The position numbers were made by a program, and so were the translations under genes. The notes beneath the pieces are model-generated. The model saw only the letters and a program-made list of their open reading frames with translations, was not told the origin of the DNA and searched no databases. Positions 63,120 to 64,000 of a stretch of DNA of 64,000 nt are shown here, piece after piece. How positions within the stretch are numbered: the stretch's first letter is position 1; each line of letters begins with the position of its first letter. The stretch covers positions 62,001-126,000 of IMG/VR virus record IMGVR_UViG_3300025770_001492; one strand, written 5' to 3'.

Positions 63120-63305
63120 ATGAAAAAAATACTAACTTTACTAATTTTGGGAATGTGTTTTTCCCTAACTGGATGCTCTTCCGACGACTCTTCCTGCTGC
63201 TGTGAGGGGGATAAATGCCATTGTGTGGATATCGGTGCCTGCTGCTGTGAAGAAGGCAAATGCAAAATAGAATGTGATTGCGAAGGATGCGATTGCAGCA
63301 AATAA
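63120..63305 (+). CDS. Cys-rich (metallothionein-like) lipoprotein
   Basis: MKK-hydrophobic-LTGC lipobox, then 13 further Cys in 42 residues; AAGGA SD. Confidence 0.7.
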   Translation: MKKILTLLILGMCFSLTGCSSDDSSCCCEGDKCHCVDIGACCCEEGKCKIECDCEGCDCSK

Positions 63306-63327
63306 ACGTTGCGCAGACCACATAGCA

Positions 63328-63852
63328 TCAAATAGGTTTCAACCTCGCCATAAACTCTATCTCTTCTATCATGGCGACAACGCCTTCTTTAATCAAGTCA
63401 TCTACGGCTGTCTCTACTCCGAACCTTTTTCCGGGTCGCTGTAGATGATCCTTGTAGTCGTGACACAATATATCCTTAGCTCCACATCTAATTGATCCTA
63501 ATATATCCCTCTTCACAACCTCTGCATCGTGGTTGCCATCAATAAAAGCAAAATCTATTGATTCAGTAGTGGATTCAAAAAAATTATCACTAGACATGTG
63601 ATGAACAATACAATTGGTTAATTTCCTTGCTTTTATTCCAGCTACGAAAGCTGCCTTCCATTCTTCAATAGGCCATATATCGACACAATGAATTTTGCCG
63701 TTGCATATTTCAGCCATTGGAAAAATTGATGCACCTTGATATACGCCTATGTTGACTATATTCTGATAATTGTTTTCTTTGACAATCTCAGCCATTATTT
63801 GATATTGCTTATTTGAGCATTTTCCTCTCATGCCAGTATATAGTAATATCAA
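63328..63852 (-). CDS. class I SAM-dependent methyltransferase (Methyltransf_24-like)
   Basis: NIGVYQGAS, FIDGNH and CHDY. Confidence 0.82.
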   Translation of the reverse strand: MILLYTGMRGKCSNKQYQIMAEIVKENNYQNIVNIGVYQGASIFPMAEICNGKIHCVDIWPIEEWKAAFVAGIKARKLTNCIVHHMSSDNFFESTTESIDFAFIDGNHDAEVVKRDILGSIRCGAKDILCHDYKDHLQRPGKRFGVETAVDDLIKEGVVAMIEEIEFMARLKPI

Positions 63853-63897
63853 ATAAATTGTATTTTTAAAAAGTTTGAGGTGTGGGTAAATAAATAT

Positions 63898-64000
63898 ATG
63901 ATTAATGTCTTAATGTGTACTTATAAATCTGGCGATGTATTGCCTTTATCTTTAAAGCCTCTTGTGGACTTTCCGGGAATCACCAAGATACTCATAGCAG
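63898..64000 (+). CDS. family 2 glycosyltransferase, partial (runs off right edge)
   Basis: MINVLMCTYKSGDVLPLSLKPLVDFPGITKILIA, a GT2 N-terminal pattern; TAAATA-N5-ATG. Confidence 0.55.
   Translation, partial: MINVLMCTYKSGDVLPLSLKPLVDFPGITKILIA

Noticed and set aside
1-64000. Stop-codon reassignment as seen in some large phages
   Set aside because: Conserved genes are full length in the standard code and end at TAA, TAG or TGA at the expected positions
1-64000. Bacterial chromosome or prophage origin, given the many host-like genes
   Set aside because: The host-like genes are single, out of their usual operons and interspersed with short unknown ORFs, YopX, an Rnl1-like ligase and T4-like late boxes; no integrase or att site was seen. 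Capsid and terminase genes are not in this window, so the phage assignment remains an inference

Overview
This is a 64-kb segment of a large (jumbo-type) dsDNA bacteriophage genome. It is AT-rich, densely coding, mostly on the minus strand and uses the standard bacterial code (very long ORFs are intact and TAA/TAG/TGA all act as stops). I found no integrase, rRNA or CRISPR array, and the host cannot be identified from this window. Replication: a DNA polymerase III alpha (DnaE) encoded as two separate intein-free genes about 4.5 kb apart; the N-terminal gene is also interrupted by a 223-nt ORF-less group I intron that the ORF track misses. Translation: tmRNA (tag DKTNFAMAA), IF-3, bS21, peptide deformylase, methionine aminopeptidase, an Rnl1-type RNA ligase and a broken tRNA-fMet. 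Proteostasis and stress: a prkA(yeaG)-yeaH-spoVR cluster next to a ClpP-like protease, plus DnaJ, a GroES-like protein, thioredoxin, PhoH, PspC and GlsB/YeaQ. Metabolism: a ThDP 2-keto-acid decarboxylase, an aldehyde dehydrogenase, an IscA-type carrier and dCMP deaminase. Also present: several glycan-modifying enzymes, two sigma-70-family factors and a ~2,430-aa LamG-repeat protein that is probably a virion component. Patterns read directly from the DNA: a recurrent TA(N)ATA-N5-ATG arrangement suggesting T4-like late promoters driving leaderless mRNAs; a dispersed set of proteins with a T4 internal-protein-like N-terminal motif (candidate capsid-targeting signal), one copy of which sits out of frame (-1) just in front of the RNA ligase; and two ORF-free, hairpin-rich intergenic regions. 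Product calls rest on motif recognition by eye; no database searches or folding computations were run.
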